DNA of 64,000 nucleotides, taken from the NCBI GenBank assembly GCA_963788655.1, contig CAWBHS010000114.1, positions 1-64,000 of the forward strand. Reading direction: 5' to 3'. Positions 49,835 through 61,373 of the stretch are shown piece after piece. Under the pieces are notes generated by a model, which saw only the letters and a list, made by a program, of their open reading frames with translations, did no database searches and was not told where the DNA came from. The translations under genes and the position numbers were made by a program. Each line of letters starts with the position of its first letter. Position 1 is the stretch's first letter. Origin of the DNA: an uncultured Verrucomicrobiae bacterium (GTDB lineage Bacteria > Verrucomicrobiota > Verrucomicrobiia > Limisphaerales > JAFGQR01).

Positions 49835-52800
49835 TTACTGCGCCGCCCGGAAGAACTCTGCCTCGGGGGTTATAGTCATCGTGTCGCCATTACCGAAACC
49901 AACAACACTCGTCCATGGCCCCGTAACGGTCGGAGCAGATTGCAACTGTCGGCAGGGGCCATCGTCGGTCCAGGATATTTGGACTTCCGTCGGCGTCGCT
50001 TGCACGATGCTGAGCGTCGCCGGTTCGAGGAACATGCCGGAAGTCAGCAGCCCGAAATCCGAATCGAAGGCGGTCTTGGCCCCGCGGGCTGCGAACACCT
50101 CGCAATGGGCACCGCCGGCCCGCTCCCACCAGACCAGTTGCACCTCGTGACGAGCCGGGCTCCAAATGGAGCACTCCCAGTGTTTGGGAGTTGGCAGTAT
50201 TACCCGGGTAGCGCAGGGTATCGCCGCGATGGGCCGGATTGGCTGGGTTGTTCGCGCTCAAGCGGGTGGAGCTGGTAAACACCGCGCCCTTGACCCGCAG
50301 ACTGGAGCCGTCGTCTCCGCTGAATCCCAGCGTGTAATCGTCTTCCTCCGGGATCTGCCACCTCAGGCGGCCGATTAGAACGAAATCATTGTCGTCCCCA
50401 TCGATCATTCCATCCGGCGTCAGATTATCGACCGCGAAGGGCGTCTCCCCGCCGAAGAATCCCCAGCCTCCGGCGCCATCTTCGGGATCGGTGAAGTTGA
50501 CGAGCAACGCCGGGTAAGCGATCGACGTTCCGAGTTCCGGAGAATTAGCAATGGACTCGGCGGCGACCAGGCTGTCAGGCATGGTGGGGTGCGCGTAGAT
50601 TTCGCGAACGCTCCAGCCGCACTCGGACAATGCCGGACCGGGCAAGGCAGGTTCCGGGAGAATTTCGGTGGGCAGGAGGCCTTCGGTGCTCTGCGCCAAA
50701 GCCGCGATCTGGTTCGGAGAAAGGGCCGCGCAGAAGACGGCGAACTCGTCAATGAACCCCCGGAAATTGGAATCCGTCAGGCCTTCTGAGAAGCCAATGA
50801 GCAGGTCAGCGTCCTTGGTGCTGTTCACCTGGCCGAAGGAAGAGGCGACAACGACGCCATCGACGTAGAGGGCCATCTGTCCGCCAAAGGAATCGTAGGT
50901 GCAGGCCAAGTGCGTCCACCGGTTGAGGCGAAGTTCGTTCGTTCCCTGGATGATTTCCCCCGCGAGGTTGTAGTAAGGCGTCATATTGTTCAGACCGAGC
51001 ACAAGCGAGCCGGGAAGAGGGCCGGTATTGCCCAGGACGATGTTCCATTCGTTGGATTCCTTGACCAAAACCCAGGCGCTGACCGTGAAGTCACCCTGGA
51101 GCCCTAATCCGCGGTTGGAATTGGTCGGATCGTGGGGGGTGGTCATCTGGTAGTAATTGTCGGTTCCGAAACCGGGATCGTTCAGTGCGATGGCTGAATC
51201 GTCCACTCCACGATGATCCCGGTTGTACCACGGTCCACTGGCGCCGCCCTGATAGGCGGCGGTGCTGGCGCCGGTTTCATCCCGGTGGGTGAAGGAGTCA
51301 AAGGTGTAGAATGCCATCAAGCAACTCTCGACCGCGCCGATGTCAACCCGGCCATTAACCACACGCGGGTATCCGCGTTGGTCCGTCAAACCGTAGCCGT
51401 TGAAGAGCGGATCGCCGGCGTCACGCGCTGGACTGCCGCCCAGCAGCGCGAGGGTCGGCGTCGATCCGCCGTTAAGGCGCAGCGTGCCAAGGAGCGGATC
51501 GATAGGTGCGGTGGCAACGCCAACCAGGTTGCCATCTACACCATCGGTCAAACCGCTGTCGGTGCCATCACCGATAAGATTATGCCCTTGGGCAGCGTAC
51601 GAGGAAGAAGTCTCCAGGATATCAGGGCCCGAGCTTCCCGTGTTGCCAGCGACAATGGTGTGTTCCAAAACAACTTGCCCAGCAAAGTAAATGTCACAGC
51701 CGCCGCCGCCGGTCGCCGTATTGGAAACGACCGTGCAGTGACGCACAATGAAGCTCTGGCTGCCATCGCTCTCCATCGCGCCGCCATATCCGGCGCTTTC
51801 GTTCTGAGTCAGGGTGCAATGCTCCAGGGTCAACCGAGCCTGCACATCCAGATTTCGAATCGCCCCGCCATGCTGGGTGGTCGAGTTGCCCGCGAAGGTT
51901 GAGTTGCGCACGGTAGTTTCGCCTTTGTTCAAGATCGCAGCCCCGCCAGATTCAGTCGTGTTCCCGTTGGTGAAAACCAATGAATCGAACGTTACACTGG
52001 CGCTCTCACCAACGTAAGCAATCCGGAACGCTCCCTCGCCGCTGACAGTTATGCCTTCGGGAAGCGATGAGGCGTCAACGACGACGCTGCCCACAGAGTT
52101 GCTGATATCGATCTGGCCGCTGGTCAGCCGGACAATTCCGCCGCTCAATTCCGGAGCGAACGTAACTGTTTGCTCGTCCGGCAGCGCGACCGCATTGCCG
52201 ATGGCCTGGCGCAAGGAACCGTATCCGCTGTCGGCCAAAGTAGTGACCAGAGTAAGCATGCTCAGGTCATCATCCGCTGTCGAGGCGATGTTATTGGTGA
52301 ACGTGGCGTTTTGCAGGATAACCTTGGCTTCCAGATTGAAGATGGCTCCACCGACACCTTGTCCATCTTCGCCGTTCCCGTTGCCCATGGCGCCGAAGCC
52401 GCCCACGCCGTTGGTGGCCAGGTTGTTTTCGAAGGCACAGTTGATGACCGTTAATTGGCCACTGCGGGCAAAGATGGCACCGCCCATTCCGGCGCCGCCG
52501 CCGCCGCCGCCCGCTTGCGCGGAAGAGGAACTTCCCCCGGCTCCCGCGAAGGTTCCGCCGGAGCCGCCCATGCCACCGTTGCCCCCCGTGCGCGCCGCGC
52601 CCGCACCACCGCCGCCGCCACCAAAACCACCCATGCCACCATGCACCGTCATGGCGTCCATCACGTCGGTGCCGCCGCCGCCGCCACCGCCACCACCAAA
52701 GTCACCGTCTCCGCCCACACTATCCTGCGCACCTCCGTTGCCACGGTTGGGGCGACCACCATTTCCGCCCGCATAGCTGTCGCTGCCGTCTTCGCCACCG

Positions 52801-55800
52801 TCACCGCCGTTGCCGCCAAAGGCATTGTTGTCGCGGAACAGGCAGCCGTCGAAAACAGCAATTCCTTCGTCCAGGAAAAGTGCGCCGCCCATGCCGCCAC
52901 CGCCGCCGCCACCACCGCCGCTGTCCGTGGACGTGAGACTGACTCCGTCCTCGCCTTGGACCTGCAACCGCGAGAGCTCACAGTTGGTGACGAACAGGCT
53001 GCCAGTATTATAAAGTCCGCCGCCCAATGCGTAGCGGCCCGTGACCCCGTCGTACCAGACGTCTTCCATGACGAGGATGCCGCGGTTGCGCATGATCGCA
53101 TTGGCCAGGGCCGCCACACTGCCCAAGCGGACACCCGTGATGTAGTTGGACGTACCGGGCTGGAACTGGGGAATCCAGCCCCGAATCCAAAGTGAATCCC
53201 GCCCGGGCCCAAGAATCGTAGTGCTGGTTGTCACGGTGTAGAACGCATTAAACGAGATCGTGCCGGTGACATCGAAAGTGATGACACTGGGACTATCGGA
53301 GGCCTTGCCCAGATCCAGCGCCTCGCGAAAGCTTCCCGGCCCGCTCCCATCCAGCGCAGTCACCACATTGGTGATCGCATCGAACACCGGCGCGGTGGAG
53401 GCGACCCAATTGGGTTCGTTGTTCAAGTTGCCATCCACACCGTGGCCGGTGAAGTCGGCCGCCGTGGTCCCCTCCCCGTCATCAAAATGCCAGCCGGCCA
53501 CCAAGTTGCCGGATTGCGGCGTGCGACTCCGGCTGGCGGCGGCAATTTGAGTAGCGCTGCGGACCGAGTTCCAGATGCGGACCTCGTCCAGCCAGCCTTC
53601 AAAAAAATTGTTGCCAATTTGCAGGCTGCCGATGCGCAACTGAGCCGGACTGTTCAGCGTAGTCGTGGCTCCCGTGCCTGAGGCAACTTCAACGCCATCC
53701 ACATAGAGTTTCATTTCACCACTGGATTTTTCCCGTGTGGCGGCGAGGTGATGCCAGAAACCATCGGCAACAAACCCGCTCCGAATGGAATAGTCCGTCC
53801 CGCCAGTTCCGTTACCGAAGATGATCAGGCCTTGGCCCAACGAAACTCCAAAATCCTCCTGCACTCCCACCACTTCTCCATCGACCAGACCCATGCCCTG
53901 CCACCAAAAGTTGGTGTCGCCCGCGACTTGCGTCGTACGCATCCAAAACTCGATGGTAAAGTTGTTCTCCACAGGCCGGTCAACCACCACGTAATCGTCG
54001 GAGCCATCGAAGTTCAACGCGTAATGACCGTCCGTCTCCACGCCAGCAAAGAGGAAGCGGTTGCGGTAATTATCCGAGCCTTGCTCACGCTGGATCCGCA
54101 CCCGGTAGTCACCCGGAGGTATTGGATCGGAAAAGACCGCATAGCGAACATCGCCGGCTTCGCCCCAATTGGCAGCGGTGTATTCGGGGGAGGCTGTGTC
54201 AAAGGAGCCATTGCCATCCAGGTCAATCCAGAATCGCGCGCCGTCTGCCCCGGACGTGATGAACCGGGTCTGCTTGTAAATGCGTATCCACCCATCGTAT
54301 TGCGCGGAGAACTCTTGCCATTTGCCGTCGGTACCTCCGGTCAAGCCCACGTCCGCGCGCGTGCCCATGCCGCTGTCCCAATAGAGCGGCAACAGTTCAA
54401 GGCGGCTGCCGGAGATGGTTTGACTCGATCGCCAGTCGTCCTGGGTAGTGTCGGTGCGCAGGCTTTGATTCACATAGCTGGCGATGAGACCGTTGGTCGC
54501 GAAAGCAGCGTCAGTAAAGAACTCAAAGTTGGCGCCCACTGCCTCGGCGGAAACGGCATCAATCAAACGGAAGCTATTACCGCCGCCGCCTTCTTCGTAC
54601 TGGATGCGAATCGAATAGGTATCGGGCGCGAGTTGGACACTGAACGGACCGGTGGTAGCCCCTTGGCCATTGCCCCAGTTGTTGTCGATCAGTTCGGACG
54701 GCTCAAAGCTGCCGCTTTTGTCGAGGTCAATCCACATTCGGCTGCTATCGTCGCTGCGGGTTGCCAACCGCATTGGACCGTTCACTTCAATCACCCCGTC
54801 CCACTGAACCGAGTAGTTGTCCCAGTCTGCATCCGAGCCGCCGGTGATGCCGACCTCAGCACGCGAACCCCAGTCGTTTCCGGAGAAGTCCACCGGATCA
54901 TCCATGCGCGTGCCGGAAATAGTTACGTCAGCAGCCGTCCGCCAGTCGTCCGGTGCCGCCCGACTGCGAAGATTGGAGTCCACGTAGCTGCCGGTCAGAC
55001 CGGCAATGGTCTTGTCCGGAGTCGTGAACAACCTCCACACCGGTGGAACGCCGGCAAACTCAACCTCAAGATCCAAGTACTCGTGAGGCGCGGCCCCCCC
55101 GAAGCCACGGTTCGTAAGCCGCACCGAACCATCCGGGGCGGTCCACGTCTCGCCCGGAGCCAGCGCCGCGTCATCGCGATCGAGGTCCGGCACGTCGTAG
55201 TCGGGATTGGGATTCACTTCCGTGCGCGAAAGCGGGGTGGTGTCGAGTTGCCGATGGCCGGCCCCGGTGTCCCAGACGATATACGCGCCGTGACTGAGGT
55301 TGCCGTTTTGGGGGAAATTACGGCGCAAGCCGGCCCAGATCGTTTGACCGGAGGCCAGTTGAAACTTCAACGCCAGATGGTTTCCCGATACGTCACGGCC
55401 CGTGATGTCGTCGAACCGATACACGCGATAAACACCGTTGCTTTGCGCATCCCACACTTCCTCCGGTTCGATCCAATTCATGTCCGATTTGCTGCTCATG
55501 GCGAAGTGCCCGTTCTGGAACACTGGATCGTTTCCGGGCACGTCACGGAAATCCACCGCCATAATGTCAAACAGGTCGCCGTACTCATCGTTCGCCGCCG
55601 GTCCCCAAGTGGTCAGCGGCCCGTTGCGTTCGATGAAATCGCCGCCACTCAATGTGCCGACCCAAAAGTTGGCGTGGGCGATGCCGTAGTTGTGGCCCGT
55701 TTCGTGGACAATCACACTCTGTCCGGTGGAGGAATAAAGATACTGGTCGTCGCCGCCCAGTTCGGCATTGGCGCCGCGGCCAGGCACTGATGGCGTGGAA

Positions 55801-57053
55801 TAAATGAAGATGTCGTAATCGGCGATCACGTAGCCCGCGTTGGCGAGGGCGGTCCGTGCATCCGATCGCAGGGTGCCCTGCCCATTGGTCTGGTAATACG
55901 CCGTATCGTTCGGCAGGTTCAACACGGATGTCACCGTCGGAATCTGCCCGGTTTTTCGAAACGACATTTCATAGAACAGATTCGAGGAAACACCCAGATT
56001 GGTCAGAAAAGCAGCTTCCGTGTAAGGCGTGTTCGGCTTATCGGTGAACGTCAGGCGAACTCCCAGCACCCGCTTGGACGTATCGGTCCAAGTCGAGGCC
56101 GACGCCAACGCCGTCGCTACGAACGTCTGCGGAACGAACACCGTCTGGTCTTCCGCGTAGGCACCGGCCAAGGCGACGCTCAACGCATTTGGTCCCGGCA
56201 TTTTCTCCGCCGTCGCGATTGCTTCGGTGACCTGCTGCAATTCCTCGTCGGTGGCGAAGTAGTGAATGCGGCCGCCGACCAACGCCGCAACCGATGCACC
56301 ATCAATCTCTTTACCGGTCAACCACGAACGGCCCGGATTATTACCATCGGCAAACCGGCCACGCACCGCTGGAAGTTCCTCGGCCGACAACCGATACGCC
56401 GGGCTTTCCCAAAGAGCCAACTTTCCGTTCAACGCAATCCCCTGCACCGGAATCGCGTTCTTGCTTAGCAAATCGGTGCGTCGTCCAAACACAGACGCTT
56501 CACGATCCTGCCCGCGCCAATCGAGATAGTAGGCATGCCAGGGTGTGCCCGAGCCGTCCCGTCCACGGCAGTCCGGATAGACCGACCAATCCGCCCGCGC
56601 GCTGAACGGTTCTTCAACCTGTTCCTTGACCGCTTCCGGCAAGGCTGCCCATTCATGCCACTTCAAAGAACTTGCCAGCGCTGGTCGGGGATTCTGCTGG
56701 ATCAACTCGACCATCACAGGCCGTCGCACCTTGGCCAAACGAATGCCTTCATCAATCACCTCCGGGCTTGGTGCCCGCGGGGAGGGGTTGCCGAGGGCCA
56801 CGCGGTAATCGTTCAGCCAGTCCGCGAATGCCTCCAGGTATACTGCATGCTTCGCAGAACTGGAGCGGGAAATGGCCGCACTCTGGGTGCCAGTGCTCTC
56901 GGCCTCATTTGTGTCGGCGGCAAGGTTTCGGTGCGGTTCGTCCGCGGATTCATTCGATTTGAAGGACGTGCCGGTATTGCGGAAAACCATGACGGTGACC
57001 AGACTGAAGCCGACGCCTAAACAAATGGTGGCAAGAAGTATTTTTGCTTTCAT
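49835..57053 (-). CDS. Very large secreted multidomain protein (zinc metallopeptidase, 2x PA14-like, 2x LamG, Gly-rich, beta-helix); 1-nt frameshift near 50150
   Basis: HETGHNYGIAH; SDDSSRMWID/YEEGGG; WHHLAAT..LYVDG..F.G.LDEVRIW; DQRGYPR..DIGAVE; C-terminus continues in ORF 49835-50143. Confidence 0.8.
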
Positions 57054-57315
57054 CAATAGGTTCACCTTATGAGATTTGCCAGACCCTTGCACGACAGCTT
57101 GGTGATTTCAAGGGATTTTCGTCGTGGGGGAGTGTATTTCTAAAGTGGTACCATTCCGCGCCGATTTGGATCAGCAGTGATGTTGTTTCGCACTGCGAAA
57201 CGGGCTCAAGTCTATCACGTTTGGTTGTCCAATCCGTTATTGCCAAACGTGGTTTGCGAGGTCCAACTCCCAGCAAAGGCGGTGGGAGCAGAACTTCTCC
57301 TGGCTGGACACTTAG

Positions 57316-57584
57316 TGCCCCCATTCATAAATACGCACACGTTCGCGGCCAGGGATTTTTGTGCCAGACGAGGCGCGAGCGACGAGCCTACCCGACCGCG
57401 GTCGGTAAGGAGCGAGCAACGAAGTCTGGCGCAAAAAGCCCAGCCGCCCGGAGGGTTGCGTCGCCTTTGGCTTGGGGCTAGGCGCGACGAGGGAGCATAC
57501 TCGCAGCGGTCTGTGACCGAGGAGCAACAACGCCCCAAGCCAAAGGCGACGCAACGAACGTGTGCGTATTTATGAATGGGGGCA
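57316..57584. mobile_element. MITE-like non-autonomous element
   Basis: Perfect ~30-bp terminal inverted repeats TGCCCCCATTCATAAATACGCACACGTTCG, flanked by direct CTTAG; no transposase. Confidence 0.85.
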
Positions 57585-57663
57585 CTTAGCCAATCCTGAA
57601 GCGAATTCCTCAGGACAAACAGGCGAAAGACCAAGCCATCGTTGCGGACGTATTCGACGCAGC

Positions 57664-58672
57664 CTAATTTGGCTTACCTCTGTTTCCAGGCTCGAGCTGA
57701 ATCAACCGCACATCGTCCACCAACAGGTTGTTCTCCTTGAGCATCCACCATTGATAAAGCTGGAAACTACTTGACCTGCGCTTGCGGGGTGAACCGCAAC
57801 CGGTAGCGGCGCCATTGTCCACTCGTGGTGTACCATTGGGTCACATATCGCGGATCCACCGTCGCCGGTTGAGACAAATTCTCCTTTCCCGTCGGATCCA
57901 CGCAGAGTCGAACCCGATCGTTGCGATTCCAGCCGCCATCCAGTTCCGCGCACAGAATCCAGGCGGAGAGAATGCACTCCCTGCCTGGTTGCACCTGAAC
58001 CGTCTGCCATACCGTTTGGACGAGAGCGGGCTCCAGCTTCCGCACGACCTAATGCCGCCCGCCACAGGCGAACTTGCCCGCGTGTGGCTGGAAATGATGC
58101 AGGTCGGAATACGCCTTCGCTTGCCCAAGTCCCATCGGCAAGTCATTCGGGTATTGGTGGCGTGGCGGTGGGCTAAGGGACCAACCTTGGAGCTGCGTTT
58201 CAAATCCGGAATTCAATAGTGCAATCTCAACCGCTGCCGGTGGCAGCGGTTCCTTGACAGTTGCCTCGGATACGCGTGTGGGATCATCCAAGATGGCGAA
58301 CTGAAGCGTCCGCGACCGCATCGAAGTTGCCCCCGTGCGATTGGCCCGACCCCGCACCGCATAGCGATACAGCGTGCTAGGCTGGAGCCCGTTCAGGGCA
58401 ATGGCATGGTCCGTCAAGAAACCAAGCTCACCCTTCAGCGTCTTCCACGCTTCATCTGCACGGAGGCAACCAACGACCGTTTCCGTCGGGATCGCGTTCT
58501 CCCACAATATGACGGCATTCGTTTGGCCCAATTGCGTGAGCATCACGTTGAATGGATAAACCATGGTGCCTGCGACTCGTTCCCCGCGGATCTCACACGT
58601 CAAATCCAGGTCGGGAGTCTCCAATCCTTCGCGGGCGGCATTGCCCTGGAGATAAGCGGTTTGATAAACCAC
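57664..58672 (-). pseudogene. Decayed FN3/carbohydrate-binding-module-like protein
   Basis: LNGLQPSTLYRYAV (FN3), NSGFE...GW; in-frame TAG at 58049-58051 and frameshift before terminal LLVDDVRL. Confidence 0.55.
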
Positions 58673-58922
58673 GGAAATGTCGTGTGAGTCGTGCCCGATT
58701 GGTGAGGGGAAGCAGGCATCCCAAACTGATCTTGAGCCATACGGGCTTTCATGACGATTTGGGTTATCCTAACGGTCCAGGCCAAGACAAGATCCCAAAT
58801 GCAAAATCCCAATTCTTGACGTTTTCTGCTCCGCATTCGCCGTGATATTGGCGTTCAATCAATAAAGTTGACCAAGCAAGAATCCCGTGCGTTCCGAGCG
58901 ACCATCGGATAGAATAGAAGCC

Positions 58923-59975
58923 ATGAACAAGCTTACCTGCTATCCGCCTTTCCAACTAACGCGACTCAGAAAGTCAATCCTGCTTGGGATGCTCCTCCTT
59001 GCGGTCGCAATCTGCGGCGACCAGACACGTGCCGCGTGGTTCAATGTTACCGGACAGGTCGGCGGCGACCATTGGGGGTACGCGGGGGTCTGTCTCCTGG
59101 TCGCGGCCCCCGACAGTTCCACGATGATTGCGGGCGTCAGCGAGGCCGGCCTCTGGCGCACCGATGACCAGGGCAAATCCTGGCGCAAGCTCGCGCTGAA
59201 CGACGCGGAGCCAATTCGCAATCGGCCCCACCAAATCGTCTTTGACCCGCAAGACTCTCGTCGCGTCTGGATCAGTGGCTGTTACGGCGCCAGCCCATTC
59301 ACCACCACTGATGGCGGCCAGACGTTTCAGCGCCTGGGCAATCTCAACCATACGGATGGCATTGGCATTGACTTCACCGATCCTCAACGCCAAACGCTTG
59401 TGGTTGGCCTCCACGAACAGGCCCGCAGCGTCCACAAGTCCACCGACGCCGGTAAAACGTGGCAGAAGATCGGCAATGGCCTTCCCGCAGACAGCAATCA
59501 TTCCACCGATCCCATTGTCATTGACGCCAAGACGTTCATCATCAACACCGCCGGGTGGGCGCAGAAAAAATCATGGGGAATCTATCGCACCGAAGACGGC
59601 GGCGTCACTTGGACAAAGGTCTCGGATCTGGGCCCTTCCGGCCGTGCCCTAACAACCTCCGATGGGGCCATCTATTGGGGCCTTTGCTGGGGGAGCGGCA
59701 TTGTGAAGAGCACCGACCAGGGCCAGACGTGGCAAAAACTTTCCGGCCCTGCGCGGTTCAGTCCCATCCAAATGGAGACGGGCAAGATCGCGGCGCTCGG
59801 CGGTCAGCAGATTTATGTATCTGCCGATGCCGGCCAAACCTGGGAGAAGCTGGCCGATCCGCTGCCGTTCAAACCCAACGGCATCACGTTCAACGCCAAG
59901 AGCAAATCCCTTTACGCCTGGCGCTCCACCGAAAAGAAAGTGTCGGAGGCCATTTGGCGGTGGGAACAGCCTTAA
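58923..59975 (+). CDS. Secreted BNR/Asp-box beta-propeller protein
   Basis: Repeated (S/T)xDxGx(T/S)W boxes; signal peptide. Confidence 0.85.
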   Translation: MNKLTCYPPFQLTRLRKSILLGMLLLAVAICGDQTRAAWFNVTGQVGGDHWGYAGVCLLVAAPDSSTMIAGVSEAGLWRTDDQGKSWRKLALNDAEPIRNRPHQIVFDPQDSRRVWISGCYGASPFTTTDGGQTFQRLGNLNHTDGIGIDFTDPQRQTLVVGLHEQARSVHKSTDAGKTWQKIGNGLPADSNHSTDPIVIDAKTFIINTAGWAQKKSWGIYRTEDGGVTWTKVSDLGPSGRALTTSDGAIYWGLCWGSGIVKSTDQGQTWQKLSGPARFSPIQMETGKIAALGGQQIYVSADAGQTWEKLADPLPFKPNGITFNAKSKSLYAWRSTEKKVSEAIWRWEQP

Positions 59976-60206
59976 CTTTGCGACGGATATGATGATGAAA
60001 GTTAAGAAAAATGTGTCGAGATTCGGTCAACCGTTACAGAATTCCGGTTCAAAGCCGGAAGGCAAATGGTGAAATGTCACTCAGTCCATCAATTCTCAAC
60101 CATGAACCATCAACTCGTGCAGCGACAACGCCCCGACAACGAAGCGACAAACCACCTATTCATCAAGATGCAGCGGGAAATGGTCACCTCGTGGGAAAGG
60201 TGAATC

Positions 60207-60713
60207 ATGGGTGCCACCCGCGATGACTTCGTCAAATACCCGCGCACGCCACATCTCTTCGGCTCCAAGGGAACGGACGATGACAAGCACCTTGGCCGAA
60301 AGGAATCCGAGGCGTTCATCGCCGACCCGTCGCTCATCGTAGAGGAGAAGATTGACGGCACGAACGTGGGCATCCACTTCACCTCGCGCGGACGGATGGT
60401 GTTGCAATGCCGAGGCCACGAAATCACCGAGGGCATGCACCCACAGTATGACCTCTTCAAGCAGTGGACCTCCGTGAAGCATCCCGCGCTGGAGGCGATG
60501 CTCGACAGCCGCGCGTTCGACAATCCCGTCACCGGCAGGACGGATCACCTGATGGAAGGACTCTACGTGCGCACCGAAGCCGGTGGCCACGTCACGGGAC
60601 GCGCAAAAATGGTTCGGCCCGAATTCGTAGAGAAGGTGAAACAAAGCGAGCACTGGCAGCATCAGGCGATGGTGCCGAATGAACTCGCGGTAGGGGCGGA
60701 GATTTGGGCGTGA
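60207..60713 (+). pseudogene. ATP-dependent RNA ligase family protein, apparently internally deleted
   Basis: [16 protein letters not shown] (motif I), MEGLYVR, RAKMVR; central GEW/FDI motifs not seen. Confidence 0.6.
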
Positions 60714-60759
60714 AACAACAACTGCGCGCAACAGCCGACGTGAACCGGCTCAAACTGAA

Positions 60760-60823
60760 AGGGCTGAAAGCCCGAAAGACAATAGCCCAGGGCAAGCGAA
60801 GCAACGCGAGCGCCGCCCTGGGT
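60760..60823. repeat. Short palindromic REP-like unit
   Basis: GGGCTGAAAGCCC and CCCAGGGC...GCCCTGGG hairpins. Confidence 0.6.
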
Positions 60824-60872
60824 AATCTTCAGCGTTGCTGCTGGAAAACAGTTCAGTAAAATACGAACTCAG

Positions 60873-61115
60873 ATGACTCTCGTGGACAATGCCGTAACGT
60901 CGATCCATCTGGCGCTTGAGGATTTCACCTCAACCCAGAATGGCCGAATGATTTCGGCGATCCGCAATCTGCACGCCGGCATACTCCTGCTCTACAAAGA
61001 AAAACTTCGCCGCCTCTCAGGATCTAGATTTCTCAGACATTCGCACTTACGCGCCCGGAACGCACCATGGGCTGATGTTAGTTCGCCGGCGCGCGCTAAC
61101 TCGACGCATTGCTGA
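60873..61115 (+). pseudogene. N-terminal fragment of a conserved hypothetical protein
   Basis: Protein-like first ~50 aa (DNAV.SI.LALEDF...SAIRNLHAGILLL.KE) then non-protein-like tail. Confidence 0.4.
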
Positions 61116-61373
61116 CGTTTTCACCAGCGAGCCGGTGACGTCTTGGATCGGCTGCTTCGTTTTGCTTACTGATTTGAAGGTGCGCGTCCATCGCCCCCCT
61201 CATGGTTGAAACGTTAGCCGTGGTCGAAGGTCAGTTGCTGAATATCGAGAAAGGAGAGTGCCTCCCTGATTTTCTTCGGCTCGCCCGAGCGTGAGGAGCC
61301 AACCGCCATTGTTGCGCTCGTCCGAGCACCAAACCAAGTGAAGACTCTCCAAACTTGCCATGAGAAATCCGGA

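Noticed and set aside
58049..58051. In-frame TAG as stop-codon recoding (pyrrolysine or alternative code)
   Set aside because: TAG terminates normal genes here (e.g. rpmJ) and the same gene has an additional frameshift
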